DNA from: Eledone cirrhosa
Lineage: Eukaryota
NCBI GenBank assembly: GCA_964016885.1
Contig: OZ024741.1
Location: 403,558,001-403,622,000 of the forward strand
DNA length: 64,000 bases
Reading direction: 5' to 3'
Shown here piece after piece: positions 13,701 to 26,929 of this stretch (positions within the stretch are counted from its first letter, which is position 1; each line of letters starts with the position of its first letter). The notes beneath the pieces were generated by a model, which searched no databases, was not told the DNA's origin, and saw nothing but the letters and a program-made list of their open reading frames with translations. The position numbers and the translations under genes are program-made.

Positions 13701-16700
13701 CGACCTGGATTAAAGATAGAAGTCACGACCTGGATTAAAGATAGAAGTCCCTACCTGGGTTAAAGATAGAAGTCACGACCTGGATTAAAGATAGAAGTCA
13801 CGACCTGGATTAAAGATAGAAGTCACGACCTGGATTAAAGATAGAAGTCACGACCTGGATTAAAGATAGAAGTCCCTACCTGGGTTAAAGATAGAAGTCA
13901 CGACCTGGATTAAACATAGAAGTCACGACCTGGATTAAATATAGAAGTCACGACTTGTATTAAAGATAGAAGTCACGACCTGTGTTAAAGATAGAAGTCA
14001 CGACCTGGATTAAAGATAGAAGTCACGACCTGGATTAAAGATAGAAGTCACGATCTGGATTAAAGACAGAAGTCACGATCTGGATTAAAGATAGAAGTCC
14101 CTACCTGGGTTAAAGATAGAAGTCACGATCTGGATTAAACGTAGAAGTCAAGACCTGGATTAAAGATAGAAGTCACGACCGGGATTAAAGATAGAAGTCA
14201 CGATCTGGATTAAAGATAGAAGTCCCTACCTGGGTTAAAGATAGAAGTCACGATCTGGATTAAACGTAGAAGTCAAGACCTGGATTAAAGATAGAAGTCA
14301 CGACCTGGATTAAAGATAGAAGTCACGACCTGGATTAAAGATAGAAGTCACGACCTGGGTTAAAGATAGAATCACGACCTGGGTTAAAGATAGAAGTCAC
14401 GACCTGGGTTAAAGATAGAAGTCACGACCTGGATTAAAGATAGAAGTCACGATCTGGATTAAAGATAGAAGTCACGACCTGGGTTAAAGATAGAAGTCAC
14501 GACCTGGATTAAAGATAGAAGTCACGACCTGGGTTAAAGATAGAAGTCACGTCCTGGGTTAAAGATAGAAGTCACGACCTGGGTTAAAGATAGAAGTCAC
14601 GACCTGGATTAAAGATAGAAGTCACGACCTGGATTAAAGATAGAAGTCACGACCTGGATTAAAGATAGAAGTCCCTACCTGGGATAAAGATAGAAGTCAC
14701 GACCTGGATTAAACATAGAAGTCACGACCTGGATTAAAGATAGAAGTCACGACTTGTATTAAAGATAGAAGTCACGATCTGGATTAAAGATAGAAGTCAC
14801 GACCTGGGTTAAAGATAGAAGTCACGACCTGGATTAAAGATAGAAGTCACGACCTGGATTAAAGATAGAAGTCACGACCTGGATTAAAGATAGAAGTCCC
14901 TACCTGGGTTAAAGATAGAAGTCACGACCTGGATTAAAGATAGAAGTCACGACCTGGATTAAAGATAGAAGTCACGACCTGGATTAAAGATAGAAGTCAC
15001 GACCTGGATTAAAGATAGAAGTCCCTACCTGGGTTAAAGATAGAAGTCACGACCTGGATTAAACATAGAAGTCACGACCTGGATTAAATATAGAAGTCAC
15101 GACTTGTATTAAAGATAGAAGTCACGACCTGTGTTAAAGATAGAAGTCACGACCTGGGTTAAATATAGAAGTCACGATCTGGATTAAAGATAGAAGTCAC
15201 GACCTGGGTTAAAGATAGAAGTCACGACCTGGATTAAAGATAGAAGTCACGACCTGGATTAAAGATAGAAGTCACCACCTGGATTAAAGATAGAAATCAC
15301 CACCTGGGTTAAAGATAGAAGTCACGACCTGGGTTAAGGATAGAAGCAACGACCTGGATTAAAGATAGAAGTCACCACCTGGGTTAAAGATAGAAGTCAC
15401 GACCTGGATTAAAGATAGAAGTCACGACCTGGATTAAATATAGAAGTCACCACCTGGATTAAAGATAGAAGTCACCACCTGGGTTAAAGATAGAAGTCAC
15501 GACCTGGGTTAAGGATAGAAGCAACGACCTGGATTAAAGATAGAAGTCACGACCTGGATTAAAGATAGAAGTCACGACCTGGATTAAAGATAGAAGTCAC
15601 GACCTGGGTTAAAGATAGAATCACGACCTGGGTTAAAGATAGAAGTCACGACCTGGATTAAACATAGAACTCACCACCTGGATTAAAGATAGAAGTCACG
15701 ACCTGGATTAAAGATAGAAGTCACGACCTGGGTTAAAGATAGAAGCAACGACCTGGTTTAAAGATAGAAGTCACGACCTGGGTTAAAGATAGAAGTCACG
15801 ACCTGGATTAAAGATAGAAGTTACGACCTGGATTAAAGATAGAAGTCACGACCTGGATTAAAGATAGAAGTCACGACCTGGATTAAAGATAGAAGTCACG
15901 ACCTGGATTAAACATAGAACTCACCACCTGGATTAAAGATAGAAGTCACGACCTGGATTAAAGATAGACGTCACGACCTGGGTTAAAGATAGAAGCAACG
16001 ACCTGGTTTAAAGATAGAAGTCACGACCTGGATTAAAGATAGAAGTCACCACCTGGATTAAAGATAGAAGTCACCACCTGGATTAAAGATAGAAGTCACC
16101 ACCTGGATTAAAGATAGAAGTCACCACGTGGGTTAAAGATAGAAGTCACGACCTGGGTTAAAGATAGCAGCAACGACCTGGATTAAAGATAGAAGTCACG
16201 ACCTGGATTAAAGATAGAAGTCACGACCTGGATTAAAGATAGAAGTCACGACCTGGGTTAAAGATAGAATCACGACCTGGGTTAAAGATAGAAGTCACGA
16301 CCTGGGTTAAAGATAGAAGTCACGACCTGGATTAAACATAGAAGTCACGACCTGGATTAAAGATAGAAGTCACGACTTGTATTAAAGATAGAAGTCACGA
16401 CCTGGGTTAAAGATAGAAGTCACGACCTGGATTAAAGATAGAAGTCACGACCTGGATTAAAGATAGAAGTCACAACCTGGGTTAAAGATAGAAGTCACGA
16501 CCTGGATTAAAGATAGAAGTCACGACCTGGATTAAAGATAGAAGTCACGACCTGGATTAAAGATAGAAGTCACGACCTGGATTAAAGATAGAAGTCGCTA
16601 CCTGGGTTAAAGATAGAAGTCACGACCTGGATTAAACATAGAAGTCACGACCTGGATTAAAGATAGAAGTCACGACTTGTATTAAAGATAGAAGTCACGA

Positions 16701-19700
16701 CCTGGGTTAAAGATAGAAGTCACGACCTGGGTTAAATATAGAAGTCACGATCTGGATTAAAGATAGAAGTCACGACCTGAGTTAAAGATAGAAGTCACGA
16801 CCTGGATTAAAGATAGAAGTCACGACCTGGATTAAAGATAGAAGTCCCTACCTGGGTTAAAGATAGAAGTCACGACCTGGATTAAAGATAGAAGTCACCA
16901 CCTGGATTAAAGATAGAAGTCACCACCTGGATTAAAGATAGAAGTCACCACCTGGATTAAAGATAGAAGTCACCACGTGGGTTAAAGATAGAAGTCACGA
17001 CGTGGGTTAAAGATAGAAGCAACGACCTGGATTAAAGATAGAAGTCACGACCTGAATTAAAGATAGAAGTCACGACCTGGATTAAAGATAGAAGTCACGA
17101 CCTGGGTTAAAGATAGAATCACGACCTGGGTTAAAGATAGAAGTCACGACCTGGGTTAAAGATAGAAGTCACGACCTGGATTAAAGATAGAAGTCACGAC
17201 CTGGATTAAACATAGAACTCACCACCTGGATTAAAGATAGAAGTCACGACCTGGATTAAAGATAGAAGTCACGACCTGGGTTAAAGATAGAAGCAACGAC
17301 CTGGTTTAAAGATAGAAGTCACGACCTGGATTAAAGATAGAAGTCACGACCTGGATTAAAGATAGAAGTCACGACCTGGATTAAAGATAGAAGTCACGAC
17401 CTGGATTAAAGATAGAAGTCCCTACCTGGGTTAAAGATAGAAGTCACGATCTGGATTAAACATAGAAATCACGACCTGGATTAAAGATAGAAGTCACGAC
17501 CTGGATTAAAGATAGAAGTCACTACCTGGATTAAAGATAGAAGTCACCACCTGGGTTAAATATAGAAGTCACGACATGGGTTAAAGATAGAAGTCACGAC
17601 CTGGGTTAAAGATAGAAGCAACGACCTGGATTAAAGATAGAAGTCACGACCTGGATTACAGATAGAAGTCACGACCTGGATTAAAGATAGAAGTCACGAC
17701 CTGGGTTAAAGATAGAAGTCACGACCTGGGTTAAAGATAGAAGTCACGACCTGGATTAAAGATAGAAGTCACGACCTGGGTTAAAGATAGAAGTCACGAC
17801 CTGAGTTGAAGATAGAAGTCACGACCTGGGTTAAAGATAGAAGTCACCACCTGGATTAAAGATAGAAGTCACGACCTGGATTAAAGATAGAAGTCACGAC
17901 CTGGGTTAAAGATAGAAGCAACGACCTGGATTAAACATAGAAATCACGACCTGGATTAAAGATAGAAGTCACGACCTGGATTAAAGATAGAAGTCACGAC
18001 CTGGGTTAAAGATAGAAGTCACGTCCTGGGTTAAAGATAGAAGTCACGACCTGGGTTAAAGATAGAAGTCACGACCTTGTTTAAAGATAGAAGTCACGAC
18101 CTGGATTAAAGATAGAAGTCACGACCTGGATTAAAGATATTAGTCATGACCTGGATTAAAGATAGAAGTCCCTACCTGGGTTAAAGATAGAAGTCACGAC
18201 TTGGATTAAACATAGAAGTCACCACCTGGATTAAAGATAGAAGTCACGACCTGGATTAAAGATAGAAGTCACGACCTGGATTAAAGATAGAAGTCACGAC
18301 CTGGATTAAAGATAGAAGTCCCTACCTGGGTTAAAGATAGAAGTCACGACCTGGATTAAACATAGAAGTCACGACCTGGATTAAAGATAGAAGTCACGAC
18401 TTGTATTAAAGATAGAAGTCACGACCTGGGTTAAATATAGAAGTCACGACCTGGGTTAAATATAGAAGTCACGATCTGGATTAAAGATAGAAGTCACGAC
18501 CTGGGTTAAAGATAGAAGTCACGACCTGGATTAAAGATAGAAGTCACGACCTGGGTTAAAGATAGAAGTCACGACCTGGATTAAAGATAGAAGTCATGAC
18601 CTGGATTAAAGATAGAAGTGACGACCTGGATTAAAGATAGAAGTCACGACATGGATTAAAGATAGAAGTCACGACCTGGATTAAAGATAGAAGTCACGAC
18701 CTGGATTAAAGATAGAAGTCCCTACATGGGTTAAAGATAGAAGTCACGACCTGGGTTAAAGATAGAAGCAACGACCTGGATTAAAGATAGAAGTCACGAT
18801 CTGGATTAAAGATAGAAGTCACGACCTGGAATAAAGATAGAAGTCACGACCTGGGTTAAAGATAGAATCACGACCTGGGTTAAAGATAGAAGTCACGACC
18901 TGGGTTAAAGATAGAAGTCACGACCTGGATTAAAGATAGAAGTCACGACCTGGATTAAAGATAGAAGTCACGACCTGGATTAAACATAGAACTCACGACC
19001 TGGATTAAAGATAGAAGTCCCTACCTGGGATAAAGATAGAAGTCACGACCTGGATTAAAGATAGAAGTCACAACCTGGATTAAAGATAGAAGTCACGACC
19101 TGGGTTAAAGATAGATGCAACGACCTGGTTTAAAGATAGAAGTCACGACCTGGATTAAAGATAGAAGTCACGACCTTGATTAAAGATAGAAGTCACGACC
19201 TGGATTAAAGATAGAAGTCACGACCTGGGTTAAAGATAGAAGCAACGACCTGGTTTAAAGATAGAAGTCACGACCTGGATTAAAGATAGAAGTCACGACC
19301 TGGATTAAAGATAGAAGTCCCTACCTGGGTTAAAGATAGAAGTCACGACCTGGATGAAAGATAGAAGTCACCACCTGGATTAAAGATAGAAGTCACCACC
19401 TGGATTAAAGATAGAAGTCACCACCTGGATTAAAGATAGAAGTCACCACGTGGGTTAAAGATAGAAGTCACGACCTGGATTACAGATAGAAGTCAGGACC
19501 TGGATTAAAGATAGAAGTCACGACCTGGGTTAAAGATAGAAGTCACGACCTGGGTTAAAGATAGAAGTCACTACCTGGATTAAAGATAGAAGTCACGACC
19601 TGGGTTAAAGATAGAAGTCACGACCTGAGTTGAAGATAGAAGTCACGACCTGGGTTAAAGATAGAAGTCACCACCTGGGTTAAATATAGAAGTCACGACC

Positions 19701-20192
19701 TGGGTTAAAGATAGAAGTCACGACCTGGGTTAAAGATAGAAGCAACGACCTGGATTAAAGATAGAAGTCACGACCTGGATTACAGATAGAAGTCACGACC
19801 TGGATTAAAGATAGAAGTCACGACCTGGGTTAAATATAGAATCACGACCTGGGTTAAAGATAGAAGTCACGACCTGGGTTAAAGATAGATGTCACGACCT
19901 GAGTTGAAGATAGAAGTCACGACCTGGGTTAAAGATAAAAGTCACGACCTGAGTTGAAGATAGAAGTCATGACCTGGGTTAAAGATAGAAGTCACGACCT
20001 GTGTTAAAGATAGAAGTCACGACCTGGGTTAAAGATAGAAGTCACTACCTGGATTAAAGATAGAAGTCACGACCTGGGTTAAAGATAGATGTCACGACCT
20101 GAGTTGAAGATAGAAGTCACGACCTGGGTTAAAGATAGAAGTCACGACGTGAGTTGAAGATAGAAGTCACGACCTGGGTTAAAGATAGTCAC
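10746..20192. repeat. 25-bp satellite (TAGAAGTCACGACCTGGRTTAAAGA), ~375 units
   Basis: Uninterrupted head-to-tail monomers with recurring variants and no unique spacers. Confidence 0.98.
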
Positions 20193-20220
20193 TGCCTGGG
20201 TTCTAAAACGCTATTTATTA

Positions 20221-20341
20221 TTGAGTTCAAATCCCTCCGAGGTTAACTTTGCCTATCATCCTTACAGGTTCGATAGAATAAAGTACCAGCAATGCACTGG
20301 GGTAATTGCTGGCCTTGTGCCAAAAGTCGAAACAATTATTT
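20221..20341 (+). mobile_element. tRNA-derived SINE with Deu/Nin-like core (A-box end missing)
   Basis: B box GAGTTCAAATCC, core TTTGCCTATCATCCTTACAGGTTCGATAGAATAAAGTACCAG, tail GGCCTTGTGCCAAAAGTCGAAAC. Confidence 0.85.
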
Positions 20342-20579
20342 AGCGATAAAATAAGCATTCGGGACCCCGGCTAGAGTCGCGTCCATTTAGGTTTTACCGG
20401 TAAAATAAGTTTTAAAAACATGTTTGTTTATTTTGCCGGGACGGGCTACGTACCCCATTCCTACAATTGACACATTTTAATATTTTTTGTAATCTTCCTA
20501 CTTGTACTCTCCTGACGAAGGACTAAAGTCCGATACGTTGGCCTTCTTTCCTGTCTTCAAGCCTATGCCTGAACCTAAT

Positions 20580-20830
20580 AATACTAATATTAGTTATAAC
20601 ACATTTTATTAATAAAAATAAAAATAAGTCATAAACAAATCTATTTCAAATAACAACAACACTAGAGATATTTAGAAACGGAAAATGAAAGGAAGGGCAA
20701 GGACTTTGGGGGTCATAGAAGAATGGGGGAAGGGGGAAGGGGAGGGATTTTGGGGCTCTAGGCCTAGGGCGTGGCGGTGTTGGGACCACGGACAAGACCA
20801 TAAAAGCATTTCCGCGGACAATAGCCAAGA
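20580..20830 (-). mobile_element. 3' end of a CRE-like RLE retrotransposon (ORF terminus + 3' UTR)
   Basis: Encodes LAIVRGNAFMVLS, the same C-terminal motif as 54711-54928; the distal UTR matches 54310-54420. Confidence 0.6.
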
Positions 20831-20908
20831 CCCTCTTCCTGCTATATCAAGCGTTAACCTCATATATCCCTTCCATATACTGTACCGATTGTGTTGTTTC
20901 TGTTTACC

Positions 20909-20973
<65 letters not shown>

Positions 20974-21351
20974 CAGTGACACATGTTGATAACATTGTTA
21001 TTATGTGGTGAAATCTGACACAGACACACACACTGACACACACACACACACAGTGATTAGTCACTTGCTTGAACAATAACAACAATAACAACAACACAAA
21101 CAACGATAACAACAACAACAGTAACAACAACGACCACAAAAGCAAGTTTTAACCAATTGCAGTGGTCTGACCTTTACATGTTTTTGTTTAATTCCATGTA
21201 AGACCCAACAGTATAAAGCAAGTGAAACACTTCACAAATCTCTTTCATCTCCAGCAGATAAGTCATGTAAATAATTGTTAGAATCTGTCACTTTACATGT
21301 TGGTCCTGATAACATTTTAGTTTGAGAAAACAAGAAACGTTTACACAGACA

Positions 21352-21399
<48 letters not shown>

Positions 21400-21403
<4 letters not shown>

Positions 21404-21668
21404 AACGAGTAGGACCCCGACGGCTGAGCTCAAGCCGTTTCGACGGCTAATTCTGGATATATATATATATATATATAACAAAGTAAATGTGGTAAGGAAC
21501 CAGATGGTCCATAACGCACCAGAGTACTCAATACTTAGGGTAGTAGAGTGGGAATAGGAAAAAGTATGACCCCGACGGCAGAGCTCAAACCGTTTCGACG
21601 GCTATTTCTGGACCAGAAATAGCCGTCGAAACGGCTTGAGCTCTGCCGTCTGGGATCATACTTTTTCC

Positions 21669-21722
<54 letters not shown>

Positions 21723-21864
21723 ACGAAGGAAGTGTGGTAAGGAGCCAGGTGGACCATAACGTACCAGAGTACCCGATATCATGGGTAGTAGAGTGGGTAA
21801 TAGGAAAAGAGTTCAGAAATAGTTGTCGAAACGGCCGGAGCTCAACCGTCGGGGTGACTCTTTT

Positions 21865-21870
<6 letters not shown>
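21400..21870. repeat. (TA)n-bounded modular element cluster containing a 118-bp palindrome
   Basis: Four copies of a GACCCCGACGG..GAGCTC..CCGTTTCGAC module in both orientations and two copies of a GTGGTAAGGA..GGGTAGTAGAGTGGG module. Confidence 0.8.
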
Positions 21871-21923
<53 letters not shown>

Positions 21924-22017
21924 CAACAGTTATAGTAATTTCAACAGCATACAAATGCCATTCTTCTTCTTCTTCTTCTTCTTCTTCTTGAAGTGAGAAA
22001 GAGTTATAGAGGAAGAG

Positions 22018-22175
22018 TTAACCTCAGTACTTGAATGGTACTTTTTTCATCGACCTCGAAAGGATGAAAGGCAAAGTTGACCTCGGTGGGATTTGAACTC
22101 AGAGAGCAGAGAGTTGGAATAAATACCACAAGGCATTATATTCAACGTTCTTACAACTCTAACAATTCGCCACCT
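22018..22175 (-). mobile_element. Deu/Nin-like tRNA SINE
   Basis: Reverse complement of the core: GGTACTTTTTTCATCGACCTCGAAAGGATGAAAGGCAAAG..GGATTTGAACTCAG. Confidence 0.8.
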
Positions 22176-22671
22176 TATGCCAGGTTATTACAGAACTTTA
22201 ATGTGTATCAACTCAAAACTCTTTCGATACCAACCCATCAAAAATCACACCTATTACTATGAGATAACCCCATAAACTAAATAAGGCATCTTTCTCGTGG
22301 AAGTTCCATAGGTCCAAATAGCTGTAATTACTTTATTAAAGAAGGCAGGTATGTCAATTTTACTGTCTTTCATTTCTCCGCATTGATGGCGGGGCGCATA
22401 CCCAACACCACCACGCCCTAGACCCAGAGCCCCCCTCTCACCTTCACCCCCTCCTTTCTTCTGTGGCCTTAGAGTCTTGCTTTCCCCCTCCTTTTCCTCT
22501 CATTTATGGTATTCATAGTCCTTTCCTCTACTCTCCCATACAGCCAGATCTGCCCCTCTTTACCCCTTCACCATTTTCTCCATATTTAATTTTACTTTTA
22601 TCTTTCTTGTTCATATTTATGTAACCATGAATGGTTTTTAAGCCACCTTTGACAATGTTTGTAATGTTATT

Positions 22672-22853
22672 TTGGCAGTATCGGTAGAGGGTCAGACGCC
22701 ATGCTTTCCAGCATAGTTACGTCCCTTTACAATCTGAGTTCAAATCCCGCCGAGGTTGACTTTGCCTTTCATCCTTACGGGGTCGATAAAATAAAGTACC
22801 AGTAATGCACTGGGTAATTGCTGGCCTTGTGCCTAAAGTAGAAACAGTTATTT
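22672..22853 (+). mobile_element. Full-length Deu/Nin-like tRNA SINE
   Basis: A box TGGCAGTATCGGTAG, B box GAGTTCAAATCCC, core GCCTTTCATCCTTACGGGGTCGATAAAATAAAGTACCAG. Confidence 0.9.
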
Positions 22854-23072
22854 ATACAACTGTGAATGACGAAATAAACTTTTTGCTGTTGATTAGAAGG
22901 AATGTGCTAGGAATTGCTTCAAACGATTATGCTATTCCCTTTTAGATTTAGTGATGTACAGGGAATCGACTCATTTATGGTATTTATAGCCCCACCTCCT
23001 TTACTTTTCTATACAACCGGACCTGCCCTTCTTTAACACCCCGTTTTTTTCCATTATTTGATTTAGGGGCGG

Positions 23073-23260
23073 TGGATTTGCAGTATCGGTAGAGGGTCGG
23101 ACACCATGCTTTGCAGCAAAGAGTTAAGGCCCTTGCCATTCTGAGTTCAAATCCCGCCGAGGTTAACTTTGCTTTTCATCCTTACGGGGTCGATAAAATA
23201 AAGTACCAGTAATGTACTGGATAATTGCTGGCCTTGTGCCAATAGTAGAAACAATTATTA
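23073..23260 (+). mobile_element. Full-length Deu/Nin-like tRNA SINE
   Basis: Near-identical to 22672-22853. Confidence 0.9.
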
Positions 23261-23921
23261 ATCTTTAATATTTCTATGTCTATATTAGTTGTGAAACTTT
23301 GATAATCATGATGTTTGTCTTAAGGTCAACACCCTAATATTATGAATATTTATATTTTAGTTCGCTAATGATGTTATCAGTTGTATATATATAATTATGT
23401 ACAATCTAAGTTATTAGCTAAGAAATTTAAGCTGATGTAGAAATGGTCGCTCACTTCCTGTGTGGGAATATTTAATCAGTAATACAAGTCAATGATTTCC
23501 TTAAAGTATTATTTTATTCAGAATATTCTTAATCTATATTCTTGCCAGTAATAAATATTTCACTCTGACAACTAGGAAATCTGATAATAGTATATCAAAA
23601 ATGTCTAAAGTTTGTCTTGAGCTCTATTTACCGCAGGGGTAAAGTCTGCTTCGACCCCAGGGGCTAATCAGGCCGGTACTTTTCCTGTTTTCCCTGGCAT
23701 TAAGCGACTGAGTACAAGACCCCCTCGGGACAGGATGCCTGTCTATCGCAGTGTGGATAGCCACAGTTAGTAAGGTACTCAATACATTAGTAGAGTTTAA
23801 ATATGAGGTTTGATATAGAAATGGGTTCTGCAGGACTAGAAATGTTTCATTCAAAATAATAATTTCTTTTGAATGAAACAGTTCTAGTCTAGTCCTGTAG
23901 ATGCCATCTCTATATTAAACA

Positions 23922-24075
<154 letters not shown>

Positions 24076-24109
24076 GCATGGGTGCATATATATGCGCGAG
24101 GATATAGAC

Positions 24110-24445
24110 ATAGTCGGGCTGGATATCCGATCGCGCGGTTAAACCACTGGGGGTGAAAGACCCCTAGCTTTGTCAGGGCTTTCTTCTAGGAGAAGGCAAC
24201 TCAGGAAACTGGGGTAACTCCGATATAAAACCTGTGTCTCAGTAGTTACCGATGATGTTGATCTTTTCTTCTTTTCAGGTTATAGCTACTGTCTCTCAGG
24301 GAGTGGGATTGGCTCAGTGCACAGTCTTTCCTCACTTTAAAAGATATATTCACGCACAGGCATTGCACGATAGAATTAATTGATAATTATAAATTATAGT
24401 ATATCGTGCAATGGCCATACTCGATAACGAGGGGGCAGCTATCAT
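24110..24445 (+). mobile_element. Non-autonomous bipartite RTE derivative (5' UTR + 3' end)
   Basis: CTAGGAGAAGG..AACTC..ATATAAAACC resembles RTE 5' UTRs; colinear with the reverse complement of 49312-49865, including the terminus TGGCCRTACTCGA.AACGAG..GGCAGC. Confidence 0.65.
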
Positions 24446-24764
24446 ATATATATATATTATGTAACATTAGCAATATAAGACACCGAGTTCCTTTGAATTA
24501 AGTCATTCATCTACTGGAGTGGTGATTATCCCGTGTTTCCGTTACGCCAGGGCAACGAACATTTGTCAGTTTCTGGCGAGAGATTGTTCCTATCCTATGA
24601 CACCTATTTATAACTAACTGGACTTGACCAGTTGACAGTTCCACATTACCGACCTCTAGACAGATACTACTTGGAATACAAACAGGAAATAGACTAATCA
24701 TTCACAATTTACGTCTGTAGAGTTTACCAGTTCGAGTAAATTAACAACTTGTTAGATTGATTAA

Positions 24765-24925
24765 AAGGTGGTGCATTGGTAGAGTTAGAATGTCGGCTAG
24801 AGTTCTTTGTAGTATTCCTTTTGACTTTCTGCTTTCTGAGTTCAAATCTCACAGAGATCAACTTTGCCTTTTATCTGTTTGAGGTCGATAAAGAAAAGTA
24901 CCAGGCTAGTACTGGGGTCGATTTT
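24765..24925 (+). mobile_element. Deu/Nin-like tRNA SINE, diverged
   Basis: CTGAGTTCAAATC..GAGGTCGATAAAGAAAAGTACCAG. Confidence 0.75.
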
Positions 24926-25229
24926 TTCTCGGTATCTCTTTCTCACTTTCTCTCTCCCACGTTCTATCCTTCTTTGCTGTATTCAAACCTGCAGAGGGAA
25001 CACCGTATGCCACTATTGTGCCCCTACGACTCCCTTAGGAGTTATGGGACAATACCATACCTTACCATACCAGAGAAATTACTCGTTTGTCCAAGAGTTT
25101 AATGGCACTGGAAATATGATCATATGATATTCATGCCTGTACCAGTAATATGTACGTTGTAACTGGGATGAAAATGGAACTCGGAACGTCTTAATTGTGA
25201 AGCAAAATTCTTCACCATTCGGCTCTGCT

Positions 25230-25465
25230 GAGTCTGGAGGTTGGAAGGGCAAAGCGGATCCCGGTGAAGTTTTAATTCAGAAACTAGAGTGATGCACATG
25301 GATGTTATGTCACTTTACGTTCTGAGTTCAGATTTCACCGAGGCTAGCTTTACCTTTCATCCTTACGGGGTCGATAAAATAAAGTACCTGTAACGCACTG
25401 GGGTTTATTTAATTGATTTTCCCTTTCCCTTCAAATTGTTGAGTTTGTGTAAGTAGAAACATTTA
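25230..25465. mobile_element. Two SINE fragments (- strand then + strand)
   Basis: Intact core CATCCTTACGGGGTCGATAAAATAAAGTACC at ~25360-25390. Confidence 0.65.
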
Positions 25466-25599
25466 CCAGGAGTCTTATATCTAAGCAAGAAGGAAGAGAC
25501 CCTAGCGATATTTGAACTCAGAAGTAAAGAGATATTACAAAGCTCCACATCGCTGTTTATACACCTGACTATAAATATAAGTTTATTTCCATGTAACCT

Positions 25600-26050
25600 T
25601 CTATCTAGGGCGGATAAAATTCCCGAGATCCATGAACGAGTTCTCTCCAGCGGTCTCTGTCTTTCATCAACGCCACTATGTCCCGCATCTAACCAGAGAT
25701 CTGTGTCTTTCCTTAGTGCATTAATATATGTCATCCTTGGTCTTCCTCTTCCAGTGTGTCCGTGTAGAGGCTCCTACAGGAGCACTGAGTGCAGTGTCAA
25801 CTCTGAATGTCGGTGAGCATGTCTAGCCAACCTCAATCTCCTCTGTGTCACTTTCGAGCTGACTTTTTGGAGGCTCCCGTACAGCTCTGAGTTCTTCATC
25901 CTCAGTGTATACTGATTAATGTTCGTAAAGACCCTATGATCCGTCTCTTGGTCGCCATAATGGAGTCTGTGCTGATGTACGTGACTGAGACTTCAATACT
26001 GACCAAGAGACTCACTCAGATGTTGGATGAGTGCTATATGAGAACGGTGG
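25600..26050 (-). mobile_element. RTE-like LINE 3' fragment with an inverted 5' segment
   Basis: Minus strand encodes QRRLRLARHAHRH..GRGRPRMTYI; plus strand 25935-26045 encodes ESVLMYVTETSILTKRLTQMLDECY, which lies upstream in RTE ORFs. Confidence 0.65.
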
Positions 26051-26174
26051 CTATCCTTCTATAGGTGAAATTCTAGCGTGTTTTCATCTTTCTAAAGTAA
26101 AATTGAAAAATAATCGATTACATTTTCAAATCATCATCAATTTGTCAGAAAGGTGTGGTCTATTACACCAAATA

Positions 26175-26308
26175 CCTCTCTCTCTTACTCTCTCTTACTC
26201 TCTCTCTCTCACTCTGTTCTTCTCTCTCTCTATTTTTCTCACTCTGTTTCTCTCTCTCTCTTTGTTTTTCTCTCTCTTTCTGTTCTTCTCTCTCTGTGTT
26301 TCTATTTG

Positions 26309-26376
<68 letters not shown>

Positions 26377-26550
26377 TCTGTGTTTGTCTCTCTCTCACTC
26401 TCTCACTCTCTGTTTCTCTCTCTCCCTCTCTCTGTTTTTTTTCTGTGTTTCAATTTCCCTCTCTTTGTTTCTCTCTATCTCTTCCTATCTTTCTCTCTCT
26501 CTGTTTCTCTCTCTCTGTGTTTCTCGCTGTCTCTCCCCCCCCCCCCCCCC
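26175..26550. repeat. CT-rich low-complexity / (CT)n microsatellite
   Basis: Seen directly. Confidence 0.95.
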
Positions 26551-26929
26551 TCGGGTGGGGTATGACCCCGAATTAGGGCTAGAAGATCTATAAATCAGTT
26601 TCCTACTCAGTATATAATATTTATAAAGGAGACTTGTGGACTTAAGAAGCAGAGAATCTGAGATAACCGGGATCCAAGAAATAAATAAGCGAATGAGAAA
26701 TATTTACAGAAGTACTTATATAACGACTTAGTAGGGGGTAAAGTAGGTATCAAGGAACATAAGCACACACCCTATATCGACTATCGATAGATCCTACAGA
26801 ACAATTGATTTTCATGTTAAAGGAAATCTAGCGACAAGAAGACTGGTCTTTGAAATGATTAACACTTGTTTTATTGGTAAACTGGCAAATACAGACTTCT
26901 GACGTCTGTAGCTGCCGATAGCTTGGAAT

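Noticed and set aside
10746-20192. CRISPR-like array
   Set aside because: Monomers are contiguous with no unique spacers, there are no cas genes, and the context is eukaryotic. The same applies to the 41-, 77- and 100-bp arrays.
24507-24701. Possible host exon
   Set aside because: No recognisable domain, and all frames stop soon after the nearest plausible acceptor. Small host exons elsewhere cannot be excluded by eye.
26031-26593. Ser/Leu-rich and Arg/Glu-rich ORFs, and similar ones at 43.6-44.6 kb and 60.4 kb
   Set aside because: Translations of (CT)n, (AAG)n and related simple repeats.
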